A stretch of DNA of 64,000 bases. It comes from Octopus bimaculoides. Lineage: Eukaryota. Positions 24,361 to 38,140 of the stretch are shown here, one piece after another (the first letter of the stretch is position 1; each line of letters opens with the position of its first letter). The notes below the pieces were generated by a model. The model did not search any database and had not been told where the DNA came from. It worked only from the letters and a program-made list of their open reading frames with translations. The stretch is from positions 45,396,562 through 45,460,561 of the forward strand of contig NC_068999.1 of assembly GCF_001194135.2 (NCBI RefSeq), written 5' to 3'. The translations under genes and the position numbers were made by a program.

Positions 24361-26088
24361 GGGCACATTTACATAAATAAATAAAAACTATACTGCAAGC
24401 CCTAGCAAAAAAAAATACGTTTATTAATTAGGTTGTTGTTATTTGCTACAGAAATCTAAGACGAAATCTCCTTAGGTGTATCGTTAAATCTTACACACCA
24501 CATCTTAGTTTATCTGTGTTCAACCTCCTGTTTTCGATTTATTTGTTCTTGTTTTTGTTTATATTATTTCATCTCGATCATATTCACTACAAATTCAGCC
24601 GTGTCACTCTTCCGATTTTTTCCTGTTAAGCTGCAATCGACCCGACTTGCATTGAGTCAACTAAATCTAACTGCCACCCCCACCCCCACCTCGGTGCCAT
24701 GCAAGGACGAGATGCTGCCTGTTTTTTTAGATGCTCCGTCTTTTCCATATCCATTATCCTACAATCGAAACCCATTTATCGATATGTTCTTCCAAAAGTC
24801 AGCAAGGTGCCCCCCCCCCCTCAGTTATTCATTTCCTCTTCCGTTGAACTCTGACTTGAAATTTTAATTTGCTACAAGTTTCAAATAAAAAATCAATAGG
24901 ATGAATCTCTCACCCCCATATCCCAATTTTTATATCTTCATCTCTGTATTTCTTCTTGTTCTCTAACTCTCCGTCTGCTATACTATATTAATTTTTGTTT
25001 AATCTCCCTACCTGACTAAGTCTTTTTTCCCTTTCTTAATCATTTGTCCCCTTTAATTATTTATTTATTTATTCCCCCTCTTTGGTTGCTTGTTAAGAAA
25101 AACAGGGGAGCCTCTACGTGGTTTGCTATCGACTCTTTAGAAATAGTAGCTAAATCCCTTGCAACTCCTGTCTTTATTGCTTTAATGGAAATCTCATTCG
25201 CGAAGAAGCATTCTTTCAATTTATGATCAAAAATTGAAAGTGAAGAATTATTGTGAACAATTGGCATAAATTTAGCAAAACAAAAACAGAAAAAAAACTG
25301 AAATTTGGTAAAAGCACTTTTTCAGAATAGCAATCTATATATCTCTAAACAAGAGATCCTTGCCAAAATTTTTTGAAAACAAGAAAAACTATCAAAATTG
25401 AAAAATTCGTGACTAAACAAACAAACAAACAGCAGTTATTTTAGTTTGTGTCTTTTGTCTTGCATCATGGAATGTTGTTAAAGTTTAAAAAATTTACTTT
25501 GTCCTAGAACTAACTTTGTAGAATCTTATGCCATATAAACTTTTGATGTTAATCTCATAAGAATAATGTTATAATTATATGAAATCTGTTCTTTGGAAAA
25601 TGGTTTGGCTTCTGACAAATATAAAAGGAGCAGACCAAACAAAAGAAATAATGTATGGTTGTTTAAGTAGTTAATGGCACTGGAATTCTTAATCTCTTTT
25701 AATGGTTTGTTGACCTTAAGACACTGAGGCAGCAGTCGATCCAAAACCTTTGCCAGACATTTAAGAATTTAGAGAGAGAAAAAGAGAACAAAATAAAGGT
25801 CGGATAAATTTTTACTATTACACTGTGTTACTTTGAAGGTGGAATATGTTTTTTTTCTTATGGTTTTTGATGTTTTGATGTGTTCTGAACAAATCTGATC
25901 ATCAAAACTGTTTGAAATCATGAAATCACTTGTTCTTTAGGTAACCTCTTCCCTGTAAGTGAGGTGGGTGATTCCAGCTGCTGTATAACCCCAGGTGAAC
26001 TCAAATTGACCAGTCTTACAATATACTGTCAGCCAAACGATGAAGTGTGATCCACAAGATTGCTATTCCCAAATATACCAAATTTCTA

Positions 26089-26303
26089 AGACGGCGAGCT
26101 GGCAGAAACATTAGCACACCATGCAAAATACTTAGCGGTATTTCGTCTGTCTTTACGTTCTGAGTTCAAATTCCGCCGAGGTTGACTTTGCCTTTCATCC
26201 TTTCAGGGTCGATAAATTAAGTACCAGTTGCATACTAGGTCAATCTAATCAACTGGCCGCCCTCTCCAAAAATTTTGGGCCTTGTGCCTGGAGTAGAAAA
26301 GAA
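26089..26303 (+). mobile_element. SINE family A
   Basis: GACGGCGAGCTGGCAGAAAC...GAGTTCAAATTCCGCCGAGG. Confidence 0.85.
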
Positions 26304-26318
26304 TATACCAAATTTCAA

Positions 26319-26673
26319 TGGTTCCAGGCTCAGTCCCACTGTGTGGCACCCTGTGCAATTATCTTTTACTTTAGACTTGGGCCAACCAAAGCCTTGCAAG
26401 TGGATTTTATTGAAGGAAGCCAAAAAACACCTGATATATATATATATATATGTGTGTGTGTTTGTGTTTGTCCCCCACCATTGCTTGAAACCCAATGCTG
26501 GTTTGTTTACATCCCATAACTTAGCAGTCGGCCAAGAGAGACTGATAGAATAAGTACCAGGCTTAAAGATAAAATAAATAAAAAATAAAAGAACTGGGTC
26601 AATTCATTTGACTAAAAATTCATTGTGGTGCCCCAGTATGGTCGCAATCTATTGACTGAAACAAATAAACGAT
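26319..26673 (+). mobile_element. SINE family C
   Basis: GGCTCAGTCCCACTGTGTGGCACC...GATAGAATAAGTACCAGGC...GACTGAAACAAA. Confidence 0.75.
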
Positions 26674-26745
26674 ATAAAATATTGTCCCTGAATACAACAC
26701 CTGATTTTTAATGTACACACCTGCAATACCAAACCAAAGTAATTT

Positions 26746-26885
26746 ACCGTATTTACTGGTGCATAAGCCATACTAGTTTATACTTAATTTCAACTGCAAA
26801 AAACAAGTCTGAACATGAAGGGAAAACATTTTGTATCAAGATTTAATACTAAATTAAGGATGCAATTTACACATGAGTAAATAAG
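26746..26885. mobile_element. Small pogo-like MITE, degraded
   Basis: Left end TACCGTATTTACTGGTGCATAAG with partial inverted match TTTACACATGAGTAAATA. Confidence 0.4.
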
Positions 26886-27439
26886 AATATTCTGGTTCCT
26901 CGTTTCGCATGGGTGACTAACTTACCACAGCACCACTTTGCTGTTACCATAAGCCAATACTTTAAAAGGGATATAGTCTTTTATTCTTTTGTTTGTTTCA
27001 GTCATTTGACTGCGGCCATGCTGGAGCACCGTCTTTAGTCGAACAAATCGACCCCAGGACTTATTCTTTGTGAGCCTGGTACTTATTCTATCACTTTTGC
27101 CGAACCGCTAAGTTTTATATTATTATTTCATTCTGTGACTTTTGGATGTGTCTGTCATTTTAATTGGTTGTTGTTAATATTTCACTCACATCGTTCATAT
27201 CCCTGGAAAAGCTATGAATGTCACTTCTTCGTTATCTTTGTATTTTAATTACAAGACAGAATTTTTTTTTATAAATATGTTAGTGAACAACTATGTGTTT
27301 AGGTGAATAGTTAACGAAAAGTCTGCTAATTAATGGCAAAAAAAAATATTCTAAAAAGCAGTTATTTTGTTTGTTGTTTTGTTTAATCTGTGGAAACGAC
27401 ATCAGTGGATTAAGATTCTTGTTTACTTGCTTCGTTTAA

Positions 27440-27680
27440 TTTTTCATTCAACATCCGCTTTCCTTGCTGGCATGGGTTAGACGGCTTGACTGGAATTGGT
27501 AAGCTGGAGGGCTGCACCTGGTTCCAGGATTTCTGCAGTTGGGTGGTCTTCTTAATGCCAACTACTCTGAGAGCGTAATGGATGCTTTTTACGTGCTGCT
27601 GGCACAAGTGCCATTTACAGAACACCAGCAACGGCTGTGACAATGGTGCCATTTACACAATACTGGTAATGGCCAGTGTT
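27440..27680 (-). mobile_element. RTE-type 3' tail repeat (family D)
   Basis: AACATCCGCTTTCCTTGCTGGCATGGGTTAGACGG...TTTTTACGTGC. Confidence 0.7.
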
Positions 27681-28749
27681 TTTATTTTTCATATTTTGCT
27701 TGTTTTAGTCATTGGATTGCAGTCATGCTGGAGCACCACTTTGAAGGGTTTGGTCAAACAAACTGGCCCTTGTACTTATTTTATTTTATTTTATTTTATT
27801 TTATTTTATAAAGTCTGTCTCTTCTTGCTGAACTGCAAAGTTACGAGGATATAAAGAAACCAACACTGGTTGTCAAGTGGTGGTGGTGGGTGGGATTCAC
27901 CATATCGACCCTGCAAAGATGAAAGGCGAAGTCAACCTCGGTGGAATTTGAACACAGGACATAAAGACAGATGGAAAAAAAAATAGGCCTCAACTTAAGT
28001 CGGTTTATCCATCTGTACATCAGCGTCGGCAAACATATTTAAAAGCATAAAAATTTTAAAAAAGAGGAAAAACACCTAAAAAACAACACTAAAGTAGAAA
28101 ATTAAATAAAGTAGATGTGAAAATATGTACAAACCATTTAGATTTATGCTAATAAATGTTTAAAAATATTTTTTCTGTGTTACATCAATTTTTGAGTTAA
28201 GTCACACGTTTTGGAACCTATTACTAGAGTGAGTTGAGGTATTGACTGAATTAACCAAAGTCTAAATGGATTTGTCAAATAGGCACCACACTTCATCCGT
28301 TTTTTTTTTCTTCTGTTTTTTTGTCATTCTTTTCTCAAAAATTTCTTTAGATTCCTATGTTTTCAATAATGGAAATTACGCTTTTGAGAAACAGAAAAAA
28401 AAAAGGGAAAAAGGTTCATTTAATTTTTTCTTTTTTTTTAACCAAACCTCATTTTGTTGCCTTTAACTTGTATTTTTGAATTTTGGAATTTTTTTTGTTA
28501 GAGATGGGTGGGAATTCGACATCTGAAAATATGGTGACTATGATTCCGAAAAAGAAATTTCTTCCAAAATTTCAATGCTAATTTTTATTTTGAATTTGTG
28601 ATCATAAACTGAAAGAATATCTTCTGTATTTTTGTTGAGAGAAGTTCATAAGATTTAGTGACATTCATGCCTTTACTCAGCTTAACAACAGCAGTGATGT
28701 AAAACTGGGGTCCCTAACCACCAGGCTGCAGACCAGGACCAGAAGGTGA

Positions 28750-29000
28750 GTGGCTTAGCGGTCTGGGTATTTGGCTCATAATCGTAAGGTCATGAGTTCA
28801 TTTCCTGGCAGTGTATATTGCGCCCTTGAGCAAGGCACTTTATTTCACATTGCTCTTGTTCACTCAACTCACAAAAATTAGTTGTACCTGTAATTCAAAG
28901 GGGCCAGCCTTGTCACATTTGTGTTATGCTGAATATCTCTGGGAACAACATTAAGGGTACACGTGTCTGTGGAGTACTCAGCCACTTGCATGTTAATTTC
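28750..29000 (+). mobile_element. SINE family B
   Basis: TGGCTTAGCGG..GAGTTCATTTCC..CCCTTGAGCAAGGCACTT..GTGTCTGTGGAGTACTCAGCCAC. Confidence 0.8.
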
Positions 29001-30608
29001 TAACGAAGCCCTGCCTTCCTAGAAGCAAGTCAAACAACTGAAAGAGGAGAAGGAGGAGGATGATGATGATGACGAGGAGGAGGAGGAGGAGGAATGAGTG
29101 AAAAGGAGATGCTTAGGCTGAGGCGATATAGAGACCAGCTAGCTCTGAAGAGGCCATAGTAGCAGCAGTGATACAAAAGGCAGATGGAGAGAGAGAGAGA
29201 GAGGGAGGGAGGGCAGTGATTAAAATGTGATCTTTGCCTACATGTTCCTCCTACAAAAGATGGCCTTCACCTCATTGAGAGAAATTGATATTTGAATAGC
29301 GTAGGAAAACTCCATCATTGTTGACTTTCACTTCCATTCGTCCATATATATATATAACCTCTCTCTTTTACAAAAAAAACTGTCATTCTACCTTATCAAA
29401 AGACATCGATATCTGAATAGTTTTGGGTGGTGGAGCTTGGTGGTGTCTTTATATTCTATAGTATCCAATTCCATTTGTCACTTTTTCTGGGCTTGAATCC
29501 CATTAGAATTAATTTCTACTTCTTATTCATCTCCCCCACCACCACCACCACCACACACTCATGGCCACATAACACCTTCAGCACCCCTCCCTGTTTTTAT
29601 GTGTAAATAAATATTTTACATTTTACTAATTTATACATACTATAAATCATTTGATATTTAATATAATATTATATAATTTGCATACAATAATATAATAATA
29701 TTATGAATTCATAGCGTCCCCCAATCTGAATGCTAAAAGGTTAATTTAAGGGAGATTTGGCTGCTATTGTTACCAGGTCAAGCAACTNNNNNNNNNNNNN
29801 NNNNNNNNNNNNNNNNNNNNNNNNNNNNNNNNNNNNNNNNNNNNNNNNNNNNNNNNNNNNNNNNNNNNNNNNNNNNNNNNNNNNNNNNNNNNNNNNNNNN
29901 NNNNNNNNNNNNNNNNNNNNNNNNNNNNNNNNNNNNNNNNNNNNNNNNNNNNNNNNNNNNNNNNNNNNNNNNNNNNNNNNNNNNNNNNNNNNNNNNNNNN
30001 NNNNNNNNNNNNNNNNNNNNNNNNNNNNNNNNNNNNNNNNNNNNNNNNNNNNNNNNNNNNNNNNNNNNNNNNNNNNNNNNNNNNNNNNNNNNNNNNNNNN
30101 NNNTATATTATCTTCTGACCCACTGACTGTTTTATGGATGATCCTTCATGTGGTTGTAATCTCAAAAGAAAGAACGAACAAAACCAGAATATTGATAAAG
30201 TATAAACATCATCAACATAAAAAAAAAAATTTTCAAAGAAATTTACAGTCATATTTCAGATGTCTTTTTACTTTCCTGTTTTTAAGTATGAAATATTTAT
30301 CATTTTTTTTTTTTTTTCACTTCTTTCAGTCATTGGACTGTGGCCACCCTGGGGCACCACCTTCAAGGGTTTAGTTAAACAAATCAACCCCAGTAATTAT
30401 TTTTATATCTGGTTCATATTTTGTCTCTTTTGCTGAACTGTTAAGCTACAGGAACACAAACAAACCAACATTGGTTGTCAAGAAGGCACATATATAATGA
30501 CAGGCTTCCTTCTGTTTCCATCAAATCTATTCACAAGGAAGCCCAGGGCTATATAAGAAGACACATGTACAAGGTGCTATGTCTGGTACTGCATCAGAGC
30601 ATTTATTA

Positions 30609-30647
<39 letters not shown>

Positions 30648-31063
30648 TTTGTCTTGTTAGAGTGAGACCTGTCATTAAGTATTTTCCAAGAGATTTTAAC
30701 ATTTTGCTTTTAGTGTATTGGTTTTTGAATGAGAGCTCCATCTTTAATGTTAACCAAGAAAATTGTGACTGATTAAATCTTAAAAGTAATCTGTTTAATG
30801 TAATCAGAGAAAATACGAGACTGCGTTGATTAGCTGTCTTATGTGCAACAAAAATCTTGTTTAATTATGGATGATTTAACTGCCGAGAATTTTAACGTAA
30901 ACTGATATTAGACATCAGAGACACTGTAGAATTTTATTTGGCGCTACTAAGTTCATTTTGGCACACTGCTTACCCAAATGTGCAAACATTTTTTGACATC
31001 CAAATAAATTCCCAGACTCACTTAGAATGTACTTCCTGCACCCCTTCTTACAAACCCTGTTAA

Positions 31064-31285
31064 CCCTTTCGTTACAGTATTTATTTTGAGATGCTCTGTG
31101 TTTCTTTCAATTAATTTTAAACATAACAAAGAATTTAGTTAAATAACTTGGTTATCATTAAGCTAATGTTAGGAACATAATTTGTGACTAAGGTTTGGTG
31201 GAAGATTTTAATTCAAAACTGATGAAAACAAGACATTTGTACTACAGAGCCAAAGGTGGTTTTAGCCAGGTTGGTATTGAAATGG
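31064..31285. mobile_element. piggyBac-type MITE
   Basis: TTAA|CCCTTTCGTTAC ... GTATTGAAATGG|TTAA. Confidence 0.8.
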
Positions 31286-31316
31286 TTAAGAATTATTTCT
31301 CTATTATATATTTTAA

Positions 31317-31538
31317 CTCTTTTGTTACCATATTTCTGTTGAGATGCTCTGTGTTTCTTTCAATTAATTTTAAACATAACAAAGAATTTAGTAAAATAAC
31401 TTGGTTATCATTAAGCTAGTGTTAAGAACATAAATTGTGACTAAGGTTTGGTGGAAGATTTTAATTCAAAACTTATTTAAACAAGACATTTGTATTACAG
31501 AGCCAGAGCTAGTTTCAGCCAGGTTAGTAACAAAAGGG
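31317..31538. mobile_element. piggyBac-type MITE, tandem second copy
   Basis: TTAA|CTCTTTTGTTAC ... GTAACAAAAGGG|TTAA; body highly similar to 31064-31285. Confidence 0.8.
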
Positions 31539-32439
31539 TTAAGAATTGTTTCGGTTCAGCAAAAGTGACTGATAGAATAAGTACCAGGTTTAACAGAATG
31601 AATGTACTGGGGTCGATGTGTTCAACTAAACATTCTAAAAGGTGGTGCCCCTGCATGACTGCAGTAAAATGACTGAAACAAGTAAAAGACATGTTCTAAG
31701 AAATGAAGCTTAATGTTGGTGGAAGAAGAACGACAGGTACAAGTATATGGGTATGATGTCTTGTAATTCTTGGGCAGCATTTCAATGTTTTAGCTCTGTG
31801 GATATTGAATAATAAGAATTCTTGGTGTCGAAACCACAATGATTTCCAATACAGTAGCTAATGATGGGTTGTTCATCTATTTAGATTAAAATTATTATTT
31901 ATTGTGATGTTTACATACTTGTTTGTATGTTGTTTTTGGTTTGTCTTTGTGTGTTCTTCCTCCTGTTGGTTTTATCCCTGTTCATAGTCCAAGTGATTAA
32001 GGGTAATCCCTTGTTGCCTGGTATGAGACTGGATCTAGTATTTTTCTTTGTTTTTGTTGCTTCATTTTATGAGAACGCTTTAAAGTGTCTTACATTTAAT
32101 TAGCTTGAGATGGATGTTGTAATTGGTTATTAACAACATTATATCAGGAAATTAAGAAGAAATAAAATTATTAGGTTAATTAATAGCTCGTAATTACATT
32201 ATGCTTGACTTGCAATACTCATTATTAAGTTCAGAGATGTGGAAACTTTGGCTAATAACAGTGAATTAGACAAAAATAAAATCCCTTTGATTGAAGGACC
32301 GGGGCAAAAATCCAGCAGGTGAAGAAGAAAAATATAGGACCATTTGTCGGCTGAGTTCTGAATTGTATTTCAAAGTCTTTAACACTTGTGGCAAAAGATT
32401 TCACTTGTATAGAATGAACAAATAGAACCTGATCATATA

Positions 32440-33150
32440 TGGAAGCTCTTCTTTTTTCTCTTCCTCCTCTATCTCCTATTTTTCCTCTTCTATCTCCGCT
32501 TTTTCCTCCTCTTCTACCTCCTCTACCTCTCCTTCTACCTCCTCTCCCTGCTCTTCTATCTCTTCTACCTCTTCTATCTCCTCCCCTCCTCTTCTTCCTC
32601 CTCTACCGCTGCTACTTCCTCTTCTACCTCCTCTTCTACTTCTCTTCCACCTCCTCTACCTCCTGTTCTATTTTCTCTTCTATCTCCTCTTCTTCCTCCT
32701 CTACTTCCTCTTCTTCCTCCTCTACTTCCTCTTCTTCCTCCTCTACTTCCTCTTCTTCCTCCTCTACCTCCTCTTCTTCCTCCACCCCTCCTCTACCTCC
32801 TCTTCTATTTCCTCTTCCACTTCCTCTTCACTTTCCTCCCTTGTCTCCTCTTCTACCTCCTCTTCTTCCTCCTCTACCTCCTCTTCTACTTCTCTTCCAC
32901 CTCCTCTTCTATCTCCTCTTCCACCTCCTCTTCTCTTTCCTCTCTTGTCTCCTCGTCTACCTCCTCTTCTACCTCTTCCATCTCCTCCTCTTCCCCTCCA
33001 TCTCCTCTTCTACCTCCTNNNNNNNNNNNNNCTCTTCCACCTCCTCTTCTCTTTCCTCTCTTGTCTCCTCGTCTACCTCCTCTTCTACCTCTTCCATCTC
33101 CTCCTCTTCCCCTCCATCTCCTCTTCTCCCTCTTCCCCCTCTCTTTCCCC
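32440..33150. repeat. (CCT/TCT)n low-complexity array
   Basis: Degenerate pyrimidine trinucleotide repeat with a small gap. Confidence 0.9.
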
Positions 33151-34032
33151 ATCGTCATCATATAGCTTGGACAACATTGCCTGATGTACATTTTGTTTTA
33201 TTTTTTATCTTTTTTTTTTTATTTAGATATGATATGATTTGAGAATTATCTAGCTCTGCTTTTTCTAGCGAGTCAAATCAAACGACTCCGTGCAGAGGTT
33301 CATTTATTTTCTCATTAAAGAGATATATTTATGGCTTTCATTATTACCCAAAGCTGTTTGCAAATATCTTATCAATCGAAATATCTATTATCTTATTACA
33401 GAAGCTGTAATAAATCAAGAAATTTGAATAATAAACGAGATTCCTAGATAAAGAACACCATATCTCTGAATTCCAATCTAATTATAATTGTTCCGTTGTA
33501 GATGGGTTTTCTGTCCAGTTTTTGACAACTTATGCAAAATAGATGCATAAATTTAAATAATTTTGAATGAATGATAATTCTACATATAACTGACCGATTC
33601 CAATAACGTTTGTGTATCTTTTTCTTGAAGTAATGAAGATCTATCTATCGAAGCCAATCTTTGGATAGAATCAATATTTTGTTTGAAGTATAAGACTTCA
33701 TTTATATGCGTTTTGTCACGTAGGTGTAGTTATGGCTGCGTGGTAAGAAATTTGCTTCCTAACCCCATGGCCCTGGGTTATAAACTTCATTAGCTTACAG
33801 CTGTTTCTGCTACAAGATGCAGTGGACTCATAGTTGGATGCCTGAGTAACACCTTATAGCTTCATCAGAGCCACAAACATGAAGTGCAATTTATTTCATA
33901 AGATAATCGTTTATTTCTTCCTTATTACTGGTCTGTACTTGACTAATGCTTTGGTCTGAACCATATGTCTATTGAATTCTCTACCACATTATTAGTATCA
34001 CAATATCTAAGCAACATATGTATGTATATATG

Positions 34033-34080
<48 letters not shown>

Positions 34081-34156
34081 TAAAGATGGCTACAGCTATC
34101 CTATCTATATCTTAGATTGTGCTTCTCTTTACGATTTATGATCTACTAACAATATA

Positions 34157-34201
<45 letters not shown>

Positions 34202-34347
34202 NNNNNNNNNNNNNNNNNNNNNNNNNNNNNNNNNNNNNNNNNNNNNNNNNNNNNNNNNNNNNNNNNNNNNNNNNNNNNNNNNNNNNNNNNNNNNNNNNNN
34301 NNNNNNNNNNNNNNNNNNNNNNNNNNNNNNNNNNNNNNNNNNNNNNN

Positions 34348-34411
<64 letters not shown>

Positions 34412-34633
34412 TATATGTGTGTATCTATGTAATCTCACAGATATATAAGTAACAGATATGTCAGATAACTTAATTAAAAATTTTAATTCACATCACTTAT
34501 TTACATAATTAAATGGCTTCAATTCTTCATATTTATAGCAGACAGTCAGTCAAGTATACATTAAATTGATTTTTTTTTCATTTTCGTGTTTATTTATTTC
34601 TTGATATTTATTAATTTCATAAACACACCTTAA

Positions 34634-34912
34634 CCCTTTTGATAACCAATTCACCTGGCACCACCCATAGTTTTTCTAACACAAACCTACCTATTCTAGA
34701 ATATTCATATCCAAATTAAAACCTTCCACTGAAATTCCATCTATCTTAAGAACCTTTTGTTAATCTGTATTCAAAACACTGGTTTAATATATTATACCGA
34801 TGAATGAAAAGCAAACTTGCCCACTAAAGCAAATCTTTGAAATACTCGATAATTTCCAGAATTAATTGAAACTTAAGCTTTGTATTTCGTTAGAAATGTT
34901 ATCACGAAAGGG
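34634..34912. mobile_element. piggyBac-type MITE
   Basis: TTAA|CCCTTTTGATAAC ... GTTATCACGAAAGGG|TTAA. Confidence 0.75.
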
Positions 34913-35098
34913 TTAACACATTTTCCATTCAACTCACCTGCGCTCAGCTTTTATCGTATATCGTTAGCATTATTAGCATTATATAGTCAACCTGAAGTGA
35001 TTCTTCTCCGATAGCCATGCATCTTCTGCAATTTACTGTACATGTTTCTCACTGTTTCTCATTTGTTAATGTTACTGCACCATCACATGTCTTCTTAT

Positions 35099-35144
<46 letters not shown>

Positions 35145-35885
35145 GCATTGCTTCCACATCCCGCTCCATGTCATTTGAAGAAGGTTTGGTTATAATTCAT
35201 GCCACGTTTATTCTTCAGGCTGGTTTCNNNNNNNNNNNNNNNNNNNNNNNNNNNNNNNNNNNNNNNNNNNNNNNNNNNNNNNNNNNNNNNNNNNNNNNNN
35301 NNNNNNNNNNNNNNNNNNNNNNNNNNNNNNNNNNNNNNNNNNNNNNNNNNNNNNNNNNNNNNNNNNNNNNNNNNNNNNNNNNNNNNNNNNNNNNNNNNNN
35401 NNNNNNNNNNNNNNNNNNNNNNNNNNNNNNNNNNNNNNNNNNNNNNNNNNNNNNNNNNNNNNNNNNNNNNNNNNNNNNNNNNNNNNNNNNNNNNNNNNNN
35501 NNNNNNNNNNNNNNNNNNNNNNNNNNNNNNNNNNNNNNNNNNNNNNNNNNNNNNNNNNNNNNNNNNNNNNNNNNNNNNNNNNNNNNNNNNNNNNNNNNNN
35601 NNNNNNNNNNNNNNNNNNNNNNNNNNNNNNNNNNNNNNNNNNNNNNNNNNNNNNNNNNNNNNNNNNNNNNNNNNNNNNNNNNNNNNNNNNNNNNNNNNNN
35701 NNNNNNNNNNNNNNNNNNNNNNNNNNNNNNNNNNNNNNNNNNNNNNNNNNNNNNNNNNNNNNNNNNNNNNNNNNNNNNNNNNNNNNNNNNNNNNNNNNNN
35801 NNNNNNNNNNNNNNNNNNNNNNNNNNNNNNNNNNNNNNNNNNNNNNNNNNNNNNNNNNNNNNNNNNNNNNNNNNNNNNNNNNNNN

Positions 35886-36122
35886 GAAAAATGGGGCAAT
35901 AATAGGGTGACCAAAACAGGTCAAGGGATGTAAAGAAAAAAACAAACAAACAAAATAAAGGGTTAATTAGGTTCAGTTTTATTTGTGAAATGCCGTTGCT
36001 AAGAATTTGCTGCAGAAAATGGTCCAAGTTTGTGGTGCTGATTGGTGATGGTGGCGGGGAGCACTAGGGATATGGCCTTAGAACCAAGGGGTCGGCAGCC
36101 TGAAAAAGTTTGGGCACCACTG
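35886..36122 (-). mobile_element. hAT MITE, same family as 40787-41061, truncated by gap
   Basis: AGAACCAAGGGGTCGGCAGCCTGAAAAAGTTTGGGCACCACTG matches the reverse complement of the 40787 end. Confidence 0.7.
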
Positions 36123-36309
36123 CCTTAGATGGTTTCATCAATCCAGTCAACCTCAGTATTTATTCTATTTGTCTCTTTTTGCCTGACTGCTAGGTTATGG
36201 ATGGAGATATAAACAAACAAACAAACAAACGTTTGTGAAACGGTGATACAAAAGCACACACACACATACAAACGTCTACCACCATACACAAAAGCGGTTA
36301 TTAAAACAA

Positions 36310-38140
36310 TGATGGCAGCCATGATGATGATGGTGATGACAACGATGTTGATGACAATGATGATGATGGTGATAATGATGATGCTGATGATGATGACAAT
36401 GACAACGAGGATGTTGATTGATGATGATGATGATGATGACAATGATGATGTCGACGATGTTGATGATGACGATGTTGATAGTGATGATGCTGTTGATGAT
36501 GACGATGATGATGATGATGACGATGATGATGACGACGACAATGTTGATGATGATGATGATGATGACGACGACAATGTTGATGATGATGATGATGATGATG
36601 ACGACGACAATGTTGATGATGACGCTGTTGATGATGACAATGATGATGATGACAACAATGTTGATGATAATGATGTGGATGATGACGATGATGATGACGA
36701 CGATGTTGATGATGACAACAACGACAACAATTTTGNNNNNNNNNNNNNNNNNNNNNNNNNNNNNNNNNNNNNNNNNNNNNNNNNNNNNNNNNNNNNNNNN
36801 NNNNNNNNNNNNNNNNNNNNNNNNNNNNNNNNNNNNNNNNNNNNNNNNNNNNNNNNNNNNNNNNNNNNNNNNNNNNNNNNNNNNNNNNNNNNNNNNNNNN
36901 NNNNNNNNNNNNNNNNNNNNNNNNNNNNNNNNNNNNNNNNNNNNNNNNNNNNNNNNNNNNNNNNNNNNNNNNNNNNNNNNNNNNNNNNNNNNNNNNNNNN
37001 NNNNNNNNNNNNNNNNNNNNNNNNNNNNNNNNNNNNNNNNNNNNNNNNNNNNNNNNNNNNNNNNNNNNNNNNNNNNNNNNNNNNNNNNNNNNNNNNNNNN
37101 NNNNNNNNNNNNNNNNNNNNNNNNNNNNNNNNNNNNNNNNNNNNNNNNNNNNNNNNNNNNNNNNNNNNNNNNNNNNNNNNNNNNNNNNNNNNNNNNNNNN
37201 NNNNNNNNNNNNNNNNNNNNNNNNNNNNNNNNNNNNNNNNNNNNNNNNNNNNNNNNNNNNNNNNNNNNNNNNNNNNNNNNNNNNNNNNNNNNNNNNNNNN
37301 NNNNNNNNNNNNNNNNNNNNNNNNNNNNNNNNNNNNNNNNNNNNNNNNNNNNNNNNNNNNNNNNNNNNNNNNNNNNNNNNNNNNNNNNNNNNNNNNNNNN
37401 NNNNNNNNNNNNNNNNNNNNNNNNNNNNNNNNNNNNNNNNNNNNNNNNNNNNNNNNNNNNNNNNNNNNNNNNNNNNNNNNNNNNNNNNNNNNNNNNNNNN
37501 NNNNNNNNNNNNNNNNNNNNNNNNNNNNNNNNNNNNNNNNNNNNNNNNNNNNNNNNNNNNNNNNNNNNNNNNNNNNNNNNNNNNNNNNNNNNNNNNNNNN
37601 NNNNNNNNNNNNNNNNNNNNNNGTGGTGGTGGTGGTGGTGGTGGAACCGCTTGTCGTGTTGGTGGCCATGACTGTAATGGTATTGCTGCCTGTTGATAGT
37701 GGTACTGCTAGTTTAGGTGGTGGTTGTGGTAGTGGTATTGTTAGTCGTGTTGGTAGTAGTGGTGGTAATGGAGGTAGTGGTATTATTACTGGTGGTGGTG
37801 GCGGTGGTGGTACTGTTAGTTGTGTTGGTAGTAGTGGTGGTGGTCGCGGTGGTAGTGGTAGTGGTATTGCTAGTCTTGGTGGTGGTTGTGGTAATGGTAT
37901 TGTTAATTGTATTGGTAGTAGTGGTATTGCTAGTCTAGGTGGTGGTAGTAGTACTGTTAGTCGTGTTGGTAGTAGTTGTGTTGGTAGTGGTGGTGGTGGT
38001 GGTGGTGGTGGTGGTGGCGGCAGTGATTGTGGCAGTGGTATTGTTGGTTGTGGTAGTCGTGGCAGTGGTACTGCTACTCATGGTGGTGGTGGTGGTTGTG
38101 GCACTGTTGGTTGTGGTGGTGGTGGTGGTAGTAGAGATAA
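36310..38140. repeat. (GAT/GAC)n and (GGT/AGT)n arrays on either side of a large gap
   Basis: Degenerate trinucleotide repeats. Confidence 0.9.

Noticed and set aside
29016-29096. Possible acidic terminal exon KQVKQLKEEKEEDDDDDEEEEEEE*
   Set aside because: Mostly (GAG/GAT)n microsatellite directly after a SINE; no supporting upstream exon.
32439-33242. 267-aa Pro/Ser/Leu-rich ORF
   Set aside because: Low-complexity (CCT)n array; sequence is duplicated across the small gap, suggesting an assembly overlap.
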